Part shown: positions 49,864-58,637 of the stretch, one piece after another
Position numbering within the stretch: position 1 is the first letter of the stretch
How the letters are laid out: the number at the start of each line of letters is the position of its first letter
Source of the DNA: Promethearchaeota archaeon
GTDB lineage: Archaea > Asgardarchaeota > Lokiarchaeia > Sigyniarchaeales > SOKP01
Reading direction: 5' to 3'
DNA length: 64,000 bases
NCBI GenBank assembly: GCA_019894975.1
Contig: JAGXNO010000004.1
Location: forward strand, 1 to 64,000
Notes under the pieces: model-generated
The model's input: the letters and a program-made list of their open reading frames with translations, nothing else
Told to the model about the DNA's origin: nothing
Databases searched by the model: none
Translations under genes and position numbers: made by a program

Positions 49864-51099
49864 ATGAAAGATTCTAAATATATTTACCTTGATAATGCTG
49901 CTACCACTCCAATGGACCCTAAGGTTATTGAAGAGGTAATTAAACATTTTAATGAGACCTACGGAAATTCCTCAAGTTTACATTCAGCAGGGCAAAAAGC
50001 AGGGCAAACATTGTTAAAATCTCGTGAAATAATTGCCTCGTTAATCAATGCCCATAGAGATGATATTTTTTTCACATCCTCTGGCACAGAAGCGGATAAT
50101 ATAGCGATATTTGGGGTTGCTTCAAAAAATAAAGAAAGAGGTAATCATATTATTACCACTACAGTTGAACATCATGCTGTAGAAAATCCTTACAAACAAT
50201 TAGAAAAGAAAGGATTTGAAGTAACCTTTTTACCAGTTGACCAATTTGGTCTGATTAACCTCAATGACCTAAATAATGCAATTAAAGATAAAACTATCTT
50301 AATTAGTATTATGTTTGCAAACAATGAAATCGGCACAATTGAACCTGTAAAAGAAATTGGAGCAATAGCAAAAAAGAATGATGTTATATTCCATACAGAT
50401 GCAGTTCAGGCTTTTGGAAAAGTACCAATTGATGTAATTGACATGAATATTGATCTTTTATCTGCTTCTGCTCATAAACTCTACGGTCCAAAAGGAGTCG
50501 GAATGTTATATATCCGTGGTAAAGGAGCAAGAAAAGGGTGGGGGAAATATATAGAGCCGATTATGTTTGGTGGCGGTCATGAAAGAGAAATGAGACCGAG
50601 TACTGTTAATGTCCCTGGAATCGCTGGCTTTGCTAAGGCTGTAGAACTCGCAAAAGAAGAATTGGAAAAAGAAGCTGCTAGACAGACAAAATTACGAAAC
50701 AAGATAATTAAATGGGTTATAGATAATATTGAAGATTCTTTTCTTAATGGTCATCCGACTCAAAGACTCCCAAATAATGTGAATTTAGGATTTAAATATA
50801 TTGAAGGGGAATCAATAGTATTAGATTTAGATATGGAGGGTATTGCAACTTCTACAGGATCTGCGTGTTCTTCGCAATCACTTGAGCCTTCACATGTATT
50901 AACAGCTATCGGTTTGAAACCTGAAGAAGCACATGGCTCTCTGAGAGTTACATTAGGGAGATTTACCACTGAGAAGGAGGTTGATTATTTCTTGGAAAAA
51001 TTACCTGGAGTTATCGATAGATTAAGAAAAATGTCTCCCCTTAAGAAAGGTGTTAAATATATGTTCGATAAATCTTCTGATACAGAACATCACCATTAA
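49864..51099 (+). CDS. iscS: Cysteine desulfurase
   Basis: YLDNAATT, HTDAVQ, SAHKLYGPKG and TGSACSS motifs. Confidence 0.96.
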   Translation: MKDSKYIYLDNAATTPMDPKVIEEVIKHFNETYGNSSSLHSAGQKAGQTLLKSREIIASLINAHRDDIFFTSSGTEADNIAIFGVASKNKERGNHIITTTVEHHAVENPYKQLEKKGFEVTFLPVDQFGLINLNDLNNAIKDKTILISIMFANNEIGTIEPVKEIGAIAKKNDVIFHTDAVQAFGKVPIDVIDMNIDLLSASAHKLYGPKGVGMLYIRGKGARKGWGKYIEPIMFGGGHEREMRPSTVNVPGIAGFAKAVELAKEELEKEAARQTKLRNKIIKWVIDNIEDSFLNGHPTQRLPNNVNLGFKYIEGESIVLDLDMEGIATSTGSACSSQSLEPSHVLTAIGLKPEEAHGSLRVTLGRFTTEKEVDYFLEKLPGVIDRLRKMSPLKKGVKYMFDKSSDTEHHH

Positions 51100-51165
51100 T
51101 TTAGATGAAAATAATAATTCTTTTCTCCTATATTATTTATATTAACATGATTCAATAATAGAATT

Positions 51166-51966
51166 ATGAGATTACAAAATAAAGTTGCTTTAATAACGGG
51201 TGCATCCCTAGGTTTTAAAGAAGGCGGTCCATCAATAGGAAGTGCCATCGCATTTAAATTTGCTGCCGAAGGGGCAAAAGTGGTAGCTGTTGATGTTTTA
51301 GAAGAGATGGGACAAAAAACGATAGATCAAATTATCGATAATGGCGGAGAAGGTTTATTTATTAAAACCGATGTTTCTAAAACTAATGAAGTAAAAGAAG
51401 CTATAAATCTCGTGAAGGACAAGTACCAAAAATTACACATTTTAGTTAATTGTGCAGCAACCTATGAAGGAGAAATTTTTAGAAATGTTGTTGATATCCT
51501 TGAAGACGATTGGAAAAGAACAATAGACGTTAATTTAAATGGATATTTTAGATTTAGTAAATATGCTATTCCTTTAATATTGGAAAGTGGTGGAGGAGCT
51601 ATAGTTAATATTTCATCAGGTGCGGCTTTTAAAGTGTTAAAGGATTTTTGCGTATATCCAGTAACTAAAGCAGCAATAAATGCTTTAACGAGAACGCTAG
51701 CAATCGATTTTGCCCCCCAAATCCGCACTAATTCTATATGTCCCGGTTTTGTTAGAATTGCTAATTCTGAAGGGGATCGAACGATTCAAGAAATAAAGAC
51801 ATGGGTTAATGATATAGCAAAAACTTATCCATTAAAAAGGGTATGTACAGTTGATGAAATTGCAAATGTTGCGTTATTTTTAGCGAGTGATGATTCATCC
51901 TATGTTAATGGGGAGTGTATAAATGTTGATGGTGGTAGAATTGTATCTGATACTCATGATTTTTAA
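51166..51966 (+). CDS. Short-chain dehydrogenase/reductase
   Basis: ITGAS...IG (with an insertion), NISS, YPVTK and ICPG motifs. Confidence 0.92.
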   Translation: MRLQNKVALITGASLGFKEGGPSIGSAIAFKFAAEGAKVVAVDVLEEMGQKTIDQIIDNGGEGLFIKTDVSKTNEVKEAINLVKDKYQKLHILVNCAATYEGEIFRNVVDILEDDWKRTIDVNLNGYFRFSKYAIPLILESGGGAIVNISSGAAFKVLKDFCVYPVTKAAINALTRTLAIDFAPQIRTNSICPGFVRIANSEGDRTIQEIKTWVNDIAKTYPLKRVCTVDEIANVALFLASDDSSYVNGECINVDGGRIVSDTHDF

Positions 51967-52076
51967 TTCGTTTACTAAGATTTTATCGATAAAGATTGAT
52001 CTTCGTCTTTAACTTATTACTTTATTACTAGAAAAATTCGAAAGAATTTTTGTAATAAGAAAATTTCTTCTATTTA

Positions 52077-54380
52077 ATGAGTAAAGAGGAATTTAATTTT
52101 TCTGATAAAAAAATATTGATCGAAAAAAGAGAAGATGTTGGCTCTTCTTATAAAATAAATGCATATAAGACAAAATTGAAACTTATGCAGGAACAAAAAA
52201 TTCCTCAAAAAGATATAAACGATTTATTAACTCACTTCTTCAATAAAAATAATTATATCTCAAATAAAACCAAAAACTCTATATCTAAAATAATTTGTGC
52301 TCAAAAAGTTAAGATCTTAATTCTAATAACTCACTCAGGTAGAGATATATTAGTTAATCGAGATAAATTAGTTAGAGATTATGGATGGTTTTTCTTTATT
52401 TCAAAAACAGAAAAAGATTCAAAGCAATCAGAAAAAAAAAAGCCTAAAAAAAAAGTTGAATCAAAAGCAGAAATTACTATAAGCAGGGAAGAATATCAGT
52501 TTGAAGATTTGCTGGTTCTTTTGAAACAGAAAGAACATATGAGGTCATTATACAATACAAAAGAATATAATCAATATTTAAAATTAATAAAATCTACTGA
52601 AATCCCTCAAATGCCTATAAAAGACGTTCTTGATGATTTTTTTCTTAAAAACAAGCTAGTTCCTATTGAAGAAAAGAAAGGAATTAGAAAAATAATTTAT
52701 TACCAAAAGAAAAAAGTAATAGTAATAAAATGTCTTATTGGCGATGAGATGTATGAGAACCTAGAAAACTTAGTAAAAAAGTATGGCTGGTATTTCTACA
52801 TCACAGGAGTTCCAGTTGGAAAAAGTGAATTATGTATAGCAATTGATAAGATAGAAAAGAGATTCGACACAGAATACTTCTCAAATATCTCCCTGGTAGA
52901 AGAATCGAACGACTCTAAGGATATCAGAGTAACTATATATCCTATTGTCTTAAAACCAAACCATAATTGTCATATTTTGGGCTTAGGAAAGTTAAATATT
53001 CTATTGGATTGTGGCCTTTCAGAGAAAGATGAAGAAAATGAGATTGAAGGGGATTTCAGACACGTTGAAGAATATCTTCAGAATTTACCCAACAAAATCA
53101 TGGACCAAGAAAAAGTAAAGATCGACTCTTCAGAAAAAGAACCTAATGAGATTACTCAAAATTACGCTCCATCCAATCCAAAAATAGATGCAATCTTTAT
53201 CTCGCATAGTCATTTTGATCATGTCTCTGGCCTTAGAGAATTGGTTAAATTATATCCCGACATTCCTATTTTAAGTTCAAGAATAACTTTAGATTTATAT
53301 CTCCTCCGAGATTCCAGTTTTTTAAAGCAAGAAAACGATGAGGAAATTGAGCAAGAAGAATACAAAAACATAGTCAGAAACATAATTTATGTTGAAAATG
53401 GTGATAAGCTCGAGTTTAAAGAAAAAGGTTGTTTTCTCTCATTTTTTCATGCAGGTCACATGCCTGGAGCTCTGATGATGTTAGCTAAAGTAAATGATTT
53501 CAGATTATTATATACGGGAGATTACACTTATCATGATATCACTCCATTTGCAGGAACAAGACGATTCTTAGAACAAATATCTCGCCCTATTGATTATTTG
53601 CTAATAGATGGTACCAGTGCTCAAGAAGAGTTTGGTGATATCTCTGATCAATTTCATAGTTTAATTTTGTTTTTAGAGCAAAAAGCAGAATATGGTGATA
53701 ACTCTTTAATTGGGGCAGATCCTTCAAGCTTAGCTATTTCATTCATGTTGACATTCTGGAGGTATTTTAGAAAACTCCAAATAAGACAAGATTACAAGAA
53801 ACGTCCAAATATTTATGTAGATATGATGGTAAGAAAGAATATTCAAGTTATTAATCATCGTTATGAATATATTTACGGTCCAATCTCTCGCTTAATCAGA
53901 GATAAAGCAAATCCATTTAATAGCATAAAGTTTAGATGGTTTGACCAAAATAGCTTAGATTTTTTACGTAAGAAAAATAACATTATTATCTCTCATCCTC
54001 CAGATCTATCTTACGGGTTGATAAGAAACATAATCAATCGTGTAGGACGCAATCCTCATAATTTCATATTTCTTGCAGGATCAATACATGAATCTCCCGG
54101 ATTAGAACTCATCGAAGGTGCTGGAGAAATAGAATTCTCCGAGACGTGGAAAATGCCTTTTCGAGCATTTCTGCTAAATACATTTGCCCCTCATATTAAA
54201 ATTAAACTTCATGCTGATAAAAATCAATTACGAGAGATGATTAAAATTCTTGAGCCAAAAGAAGTATGTTTTTTCCATCAATCTCCAAAAAAACTAATAG
54301 ATGTTGTAGAATATGTAAAAGAATTAGGTGTAGAAAAAGTTTCTTTGCCTAAAAAAAGGATGCTTACAATTTTGAATTAG
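52077..54380 (+). CDS. Beta-CASP metallo-beta-lactamase ribonuclease with two degenerate KH-like repeats
   Basis: LLDCG, SHSHFDH, AGH, YTGDY, DGT, HAD and H motifs; N-terminal repeats ending YGW[FY]F. Confidence 0.8.
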   Translation: MSKEEFNFSDKKILIEKREDVGSSYKINAYKTKLKLMQEQKIPQKDINDLLTHFFNKNNYISNKTKNSISKIICAQKVKILILITHSGRDILVNRDKLVRDYGWFFFISKTEKDSKQSEKKKPKKKVESKAEITISREEYQFEDLLVLLKQKEHMRSLYNTKEYNQYLKLIKSTEIPQMPIKDVLDDFFLKNKLVPIEEKKGIRKIIYYQKKKVIVIKCLIGDEMYENLENLVKKYGWYFYITGVPVGKSELCIAIDKIEKRFDTEYFSNISLVEESNDSKDIRVTIYPIVLKPNHNCHILGLGKLNILLDCGLSEKDEENEIEGDFRHVEEYLQNLPNKIMDQEKVKIDSSEKEPNEITQNYAPSNPKIDAIFISHSHFDHVSGLRELVKLYPDIPILSSRITLDLYLLRDSSFLKQENDEEIEQEEYKNIVRNIIYVENGDKLEFKEKGCFLSFFHAGHMPGALMMLAKVNDFRLLYTGDYTYHDITPFAGTRRFLEQISRPIDYLLIDGTSAQEEFGDISDQFHSLILFLEQKAEYGDNSLIGADPSSLAISFMLTFWRYFRKLQIRQDYKKRPNIYVDMMVRKNIQVINHRYEYIYGPISRLIRDKANPFNSIKFRWFDQNSLDFLRKKNNIIISHPPDLSYGLIRNIINRVGRNPHNFIFLAGSIHESPGLELIEGAGEIEFSETWKMPFRAFLLNTFAPHIKIKLHADKNQLREMIKILEPKEVCFFHQSPKKLIDVVEYVKELGVEKVSLPKKRMLTILN

Positions 54381-54511
54381 TTAATTCATAGAAAAATGGT
54401 AATATCTTTAAGAGATTGATAAATTACGGGCTTTTTTCAAGAAACGATAAAACTTTAAGTCAATAATTTCTTCTTCTATTTAGAAAAAAAACTCTTATGA
54501 GATGAGGTAAA

Positions 54512-54892
54512 ATGTACTCAGAAAAGGTTATGGAACACTTTAAAAATCCTCGAAATATGGGGGAAATGAAGGATGCCGATGCAATAGGAGAGCATGGAAA
54601 TCCGACATGTGGAGACCTTATGCACATTTATATCAAAGTGGGAGAAAAAAACGGAGAAAAAATAATTAAAGATATATCTTTTCAAACATTCGGATGTGCT
54701 GCGGCGATTGCAACCTCCTCTATGGTTACAGAATTAGCAAAAGGAAAATCATTAGAAGAAGCCTCTAACATTTCTCGAGATGACGTAGCTGAATCGCTAG
54801 ATGGATTACCCCCAATAAAATTACATTGCAGTAATTTAGCTGCTGATGCTCTAAAAGATGCAATAAAGAACTATCTTGATAAAAAGAAATAA
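54512..54892 (+). CDS. iscU: Fe-S scaffold IscU/NifU-N
   Basis: YSEKVMEHFKNPRN, PTCGD, FGC and LPPIKLHCS motifs. Confidence 0.96.
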   Translation: MYSEKVMEHFKNPRNMGEMKDADAIGEHGNPTCGDLMHIYIKVGEKNGEKIIKDISFQTFGCAAAIATSSMVTELAKGKSLEEASNISRDDVAESLDGLPPIKLHCSNLAADALKDAIKNYLDKKK

Positions 54893-54915
54893 TTATCTTA
54901 TCTCTTATCATCCTC

Positions 54916-55785
54916 ATGGATTTTTCTAAACCAGTAACTGAAATTATTAAAGAAAGAAAATCCAATAGAACTTATTCTGGAAAACCTCTTGAAAAAAAGC
55001 TAAGAGAAAAAGTAATAGTTTTATTAGAAAATCATGATTTAAAAAGCCCCTTCAGTGATTACGCGGGAAAAGCTAGATTTCAGCTATTAAGTATACCAGA
55101 GTTTGATCCTAAAGAAAAAAGAAAACTAGGAACTTACGGTATCATAAAAGGTGCTCAAGATTTTATTGTGGGGGTAGTTGAGAAATCTCAGTATGATCGA
55201 GAGCATTTTGGATATCTTTTGGAAACTATAATCCTAGCATTGACTGATTTAGGTTTAGGTACATGTTGGTTAGGTGGCACTTTTAATAAGAGTCTTTTTT
55301 CAGAGAAAATTAATTGTTCTTCTGATGAAATTTTACCTGCAATTACACCAGTTGGACATAGCGTTCAAAAATCAATTAGAGAAAAGATGATTAGATCTTT
55401 TGCTAAAGCGGATGAACGATTACCATGGGAGAAGTTGTTTTTTGATGGAAATTTATCTGTTCCAATTACTAAAGCTAAACTAGGAATATATACAGCATTA
55501 CTGGAGATGATCCAAGCTGGACCTTCAGCAGGAAATAGGCAACCATGGAGAATTATTAAGAGCCCTAATAAAAACAATTTTCATTTTTACACTACCAATC
55601 CTAAAGATGGACGTTTTCTACATTATAGTAAATTTAGACCATTAGATATCGGAATTGTAGTTTGCCATTTTGATCTCACTGCTAATGATTTAGACGTGAA
55701 AGGAGACTGGGTGGTTAAAGATCCCCAAATTCCCAATACAGAGAATTTACTTTATAAGATTACTTGGGAAGAGAAAATGAATTAA
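54916..55785 (+). CDS. Nitroreductase-family protein (tandem domain)
   Basis: RKSNRTY, LGTCWLGGTF, GPSAGNRQPW and DIGI..CHF motifs. Confidence 0.9.
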   Translation: MDFSKPVTEIIKERKSNRTYSGKPLEKKLREKVIVLLENHDLKSPFSDYAGKARFQLLSIPEFDPKEKRKLGTYGIIKGAQDFIVGVVEKSQYDREHFGYLLETIILALTDLGLGTCWLGGTFNKSLFSEKINCSSDEILPAITPVGHSVQKSIREKMIRSFAKADERLPWEKLFFDGNLSVPITKAKLGIYTALLEMIQAGPSAGNRQPWRIIKSPNKNNFHFYTTNPKDGRFLHYSKFRPLDIGIVVCHFDLTANDLDVKGDWVVKDPQIPNTENLLYKITWEEKMN

Positions 55786-55793
55786 AAAAATAA

Positions 55794-56393
55794 TTAAATT
55801 TCAACTGAATTACTACCTTCAATGACTTTAAGGTTGGAGATAAAAGGAATTTTTTGTACCTCAGACAATAGTTCAACTTTCGATCCTGATTCTCTTGCAA
55901 ACCCTTCTCCCTTTTTGATGGATAATAATCTTGTCTTTTGTTTGAAGGTAACAATAAAGCTTATACGATTTGTGTTTTCATCTATCGAATCGATTCCCAA
56001 CATGGTATAATATTTTAAGTGACGAACAAAAATAGGGCTCAGAACCTGGGCATAATCTTCAGTAACAGGAAAGTCAAGTTCTAAAATATCTTGAGCTAAA
56101 CCTTTTTGCCCGAATTTAGTATAAGTCATGAAATACATTAAACCACACCCAACAACCGTTAGTAATATCCCCACTATATAGAATCTCGTTCCATTAGCCA
56201 TACCTACTGCCATTACAAAAAAGATAAAACCAACATCTCTTGTTTCTTTTAGGGCATTTCTGAATCTAACAACAGAGAGCGCACCTACTAGTGTAAAAGC
56301 CCTTGCTAGATCCGTTCCAATGATTATCATAATCATCGCCACAATCATCCCTAATAAAACTAAAGTTTGAGTAAAGTTTGGTGAATTGAGATA
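55794..56393 (-). pseudogene. 5'-truncated DUF4956-family membrane protein
   Basis: LARAFTLVGALSVVRFRNALKETRD motif; homology continues upstream of the ATG (SPNFTQTLVLLG) and then meets a TAA; first TM helix missing. Confidence 0.55.
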
Positions 56394-56467
56394 TTATTTA
56401 CAGATTATAAACAAAATCTTAATTAAATCAATTATTTTATAACTTATTAAAATAAGGAGTTAAAAAA

Positions 56468-56695
56468 ATGATTTTACATACGTATGACCTATGTCCTTTA
56501 CATTGGGTTTTCATGCTCGTGGGAGGGATAGTATATTTCGTTATTAGCTTATTAATTGCTCGATATATGCACAAAGATGCTATTAAGAGAGGAATTAAAA
56601 ACAGCGAAATTTGGTTATTAATCGGATTTTTCCTAAACTTAATTGGATTAGTTCTTTATCTATTCGTTAGGAAAAATTATGATGAGAGACCATAA
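56468..56695 (+). CDS. Small membrane protein (PLDc_N-like)
   Basis: KDAIKRG....W......N.IGLVLYLFVR pattern; AGGAG RBS. Confidence 0.75.
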   Translation: MILHTYDLCPLHWVFMLVGGIVYFVISLLIARYMHKDAIKRGIKNSEIWLLIGFFLNLIGLVLYLFVRKNYDERP

Positions 56696-56857
56696 GACAT
56701 AATATCTAAAAATAAGAAAGGTGTAAATTTTTATCACATCATTTTTTTTTTATTAATTTGTTATACTAGAAAATAAAATGAACTAGTTTCAAAAATTGAT
56801 GATTTATAATATATTATTTCTTGGTATGGGGAAAATTAATTTTATCTTTGCTACTTT

Positions 56858-57301
56858 TCATGTACTATGTAAAGAAATTTTATATGCTTTAGCGCAATGT
56901 TCACAGCAAAAGTTCATTTCTTCACCATGAATCGTTTCAATATGAAACTCTCCATATAATTTAACACCACAACTTTTACAAATTTCGAGCTTTGATTGAA
57001 TAGCAACCTCGATCAGATTATCAAACCTAGAAAAAATTCTATCAATGAAATCTATCCCGGAAAGAGTTAGTTTATAACCTTTTGAGCGTTTAGATTCTTC
57101 AGTGGCGATTTCTTCAATATGTCCTTCTGCTTTAAGTTTTTTAAGAAAATCATAGACATATGTAGGGCTAGCGGTTTTTCCTAAGTCTTTTTTTAATCTT
57201 TCAAGGATATAATAACCAGTTACAGCCTCTTTTGATTTTAACATAACTAAAGAATATAGTTTAGTTAAATTTTGAATTTTTAAATCGGTTTCTTCCGTCA
57301 T
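56858..57301 (-). CDS. PadR-family regulator with a C-terminal TRASH metal-binding domain
   Basis: TGYYI...SPTYVY..L..L..EG.I...Y.LT..G wHTH; CKSCG...FCCEHC. Confidence 0.85.
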   Translation of the reverse strand: MTEETDLKIQNLTKLYSLVMLKSKEAVTGYYILERLKKDLGKTASPTYVYDFLKKLKAEGHIEEIATEESKRSKGYKLTLSGIDFIDRIFSRFDNLIEVAIQSKLEICKSCGVKLYGEFHIETIHGEEMNFCCEHCAKAYKISLHST

Positions 57302-57483
57302 CTATTACTCTCGAATTTAATTTTTTTTTTTATATTTAGATTATATTAGAAAACCATAATATTTAAATATATATTTTTCCGTATATATACTCAGAAGTAT
57401 TATTTTTTATAAAATAAAAGTCGTACATGATAGAAAACTTTTGGTGATAAATTATAGTTTTAGACGGATTTCATGCAGATAAT

Positions 57484-57759
57484 ATGTTTCATATGATGGA
57501 ATGGAGCTCAGAAGTTTGGTTTTTTGTAATTATTATAGGTATCATTAGTTTTTTTTTGATAGCTTTAATTTTACTTTACACGATGAGAAAAGGGACAAAT
57601 AAACTTGAAAGCACTAAGTCTTCTGATCAGCAACTCAAAAAAACAGAATTTGAGAGTGATCAACATCTCAACGAGACACAATTCTGTCCTGACTGTGGAG
57701 CTAAATTTGATGAAAAAGGTATAGTATATTGTCCCGCATGTGGTCATAAGATTCAATAA
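57484..57759 (+). CDS. Membrane-anchored zinc-ribbon protein
   Basis: One TM; CPDCG...YCPACG. Confidence 0.8.
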   Translation: MFHMMEWSSEVWFFVIIIGIISFFLIALILLYTMRKGTNKLESTKSSDQQLKKTEFESDQHLNETQFCPDCGAKFDEKGIVYCPACGHKIQ

Positions 57760-58450
57760 AAGTGGTGAACTAATAAAGATGACATCTAAAGGAGTAAATT
57801 GGAATAATTTTAAAATAACGCCTCATCCGACTTTAGATGTTTATAATAAATTGGCTAAATCTTATGATAAAAGAAACGCAATGATGGAAAGAGTATTATC
57901 TAAGGCAAGATCGATTTTTTCGGTACTTAAAGGGGATGTATTAGAAGTCGGAACTGGAACTGGATTTAATCTAAAGCACTATAATCCAAAAACAAATATT
58001 GTAGCATTAGATTGGAGCCCTGGGATGGTATCACAAGCACACCTAAAAGTTAAAAAACATCGTTTAGAAAATGTTAAAGAAATCATTATAGGTGACATCC
58101 AAAAATTAAGCGATTATTTTGATCCTGAATCTTTTGATTACGTAACATCTAGTTGTGTTTTTTGTTCTGTTCCCAATCCCACCTTAGGTCTTAAAGAGGT
58201 TTTTAAAGTTTTGAGACCTTACGGTAAATTAATTCAGATTGAGCATGGATTAACAGAAATTAAACTTATCAATTTGGGGTTAGAACTCTTTGATCCATTC
58301 ACTTTTAAGAGATTTGGTTTCCATCTCAATAGAAATCATTTCAAAAACCTTGAAAATTCTGGATTTGAAATAACCCATCATCAAAAAATTGATCGGGTAG
58401 GAATCTTTCGTTTATTGATTTCAAAAAAGTCTCTTAAATATAAAATATGA
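57740..58450 (+). CDS. Class I SAM-dependent methyltransferase
   Basis: LEVGTGTG, CVFCSVP and IEHG motifs; likely ATG at 57779. Confidence 0.9.
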   Translation: MVIRFNKSGELIKMTSKGVNWNNFKITPHPTLDVYNKLAKSYDKRNAMMERVLSKARSIFSVLKGDVLEVGTGTGFNLKHYNPKTNIVALDWSPGMVSQAHLKVKKHRLENVKEIIIGDIQKLSDYFDPESFDYVTSSCVFCSVPNPTLGLKEVFKVLRPYGKLIQIEHGLTEIKLINLGLELFDPFTFKRFGFHLNRNHFKNLENSGFEITHHQKIDRVGIFRLLISKKSLKYKI

Positions 58451-58637
58451 GGTAACCAAATGGTAATAATTGTAAATATATTAACAAATATTTTTTTTTA
58501 TTTTATTAAAATTATACATCTTTCAGATTTTTTTACAAAAATTAGAAAATATTATTAATAGAATTTTTTCAAAATATAAACAAAAGATATAATTAATAAA
58601 AATGGCAATAAGAAACATGAAAAAAGGTGATTTTTGA

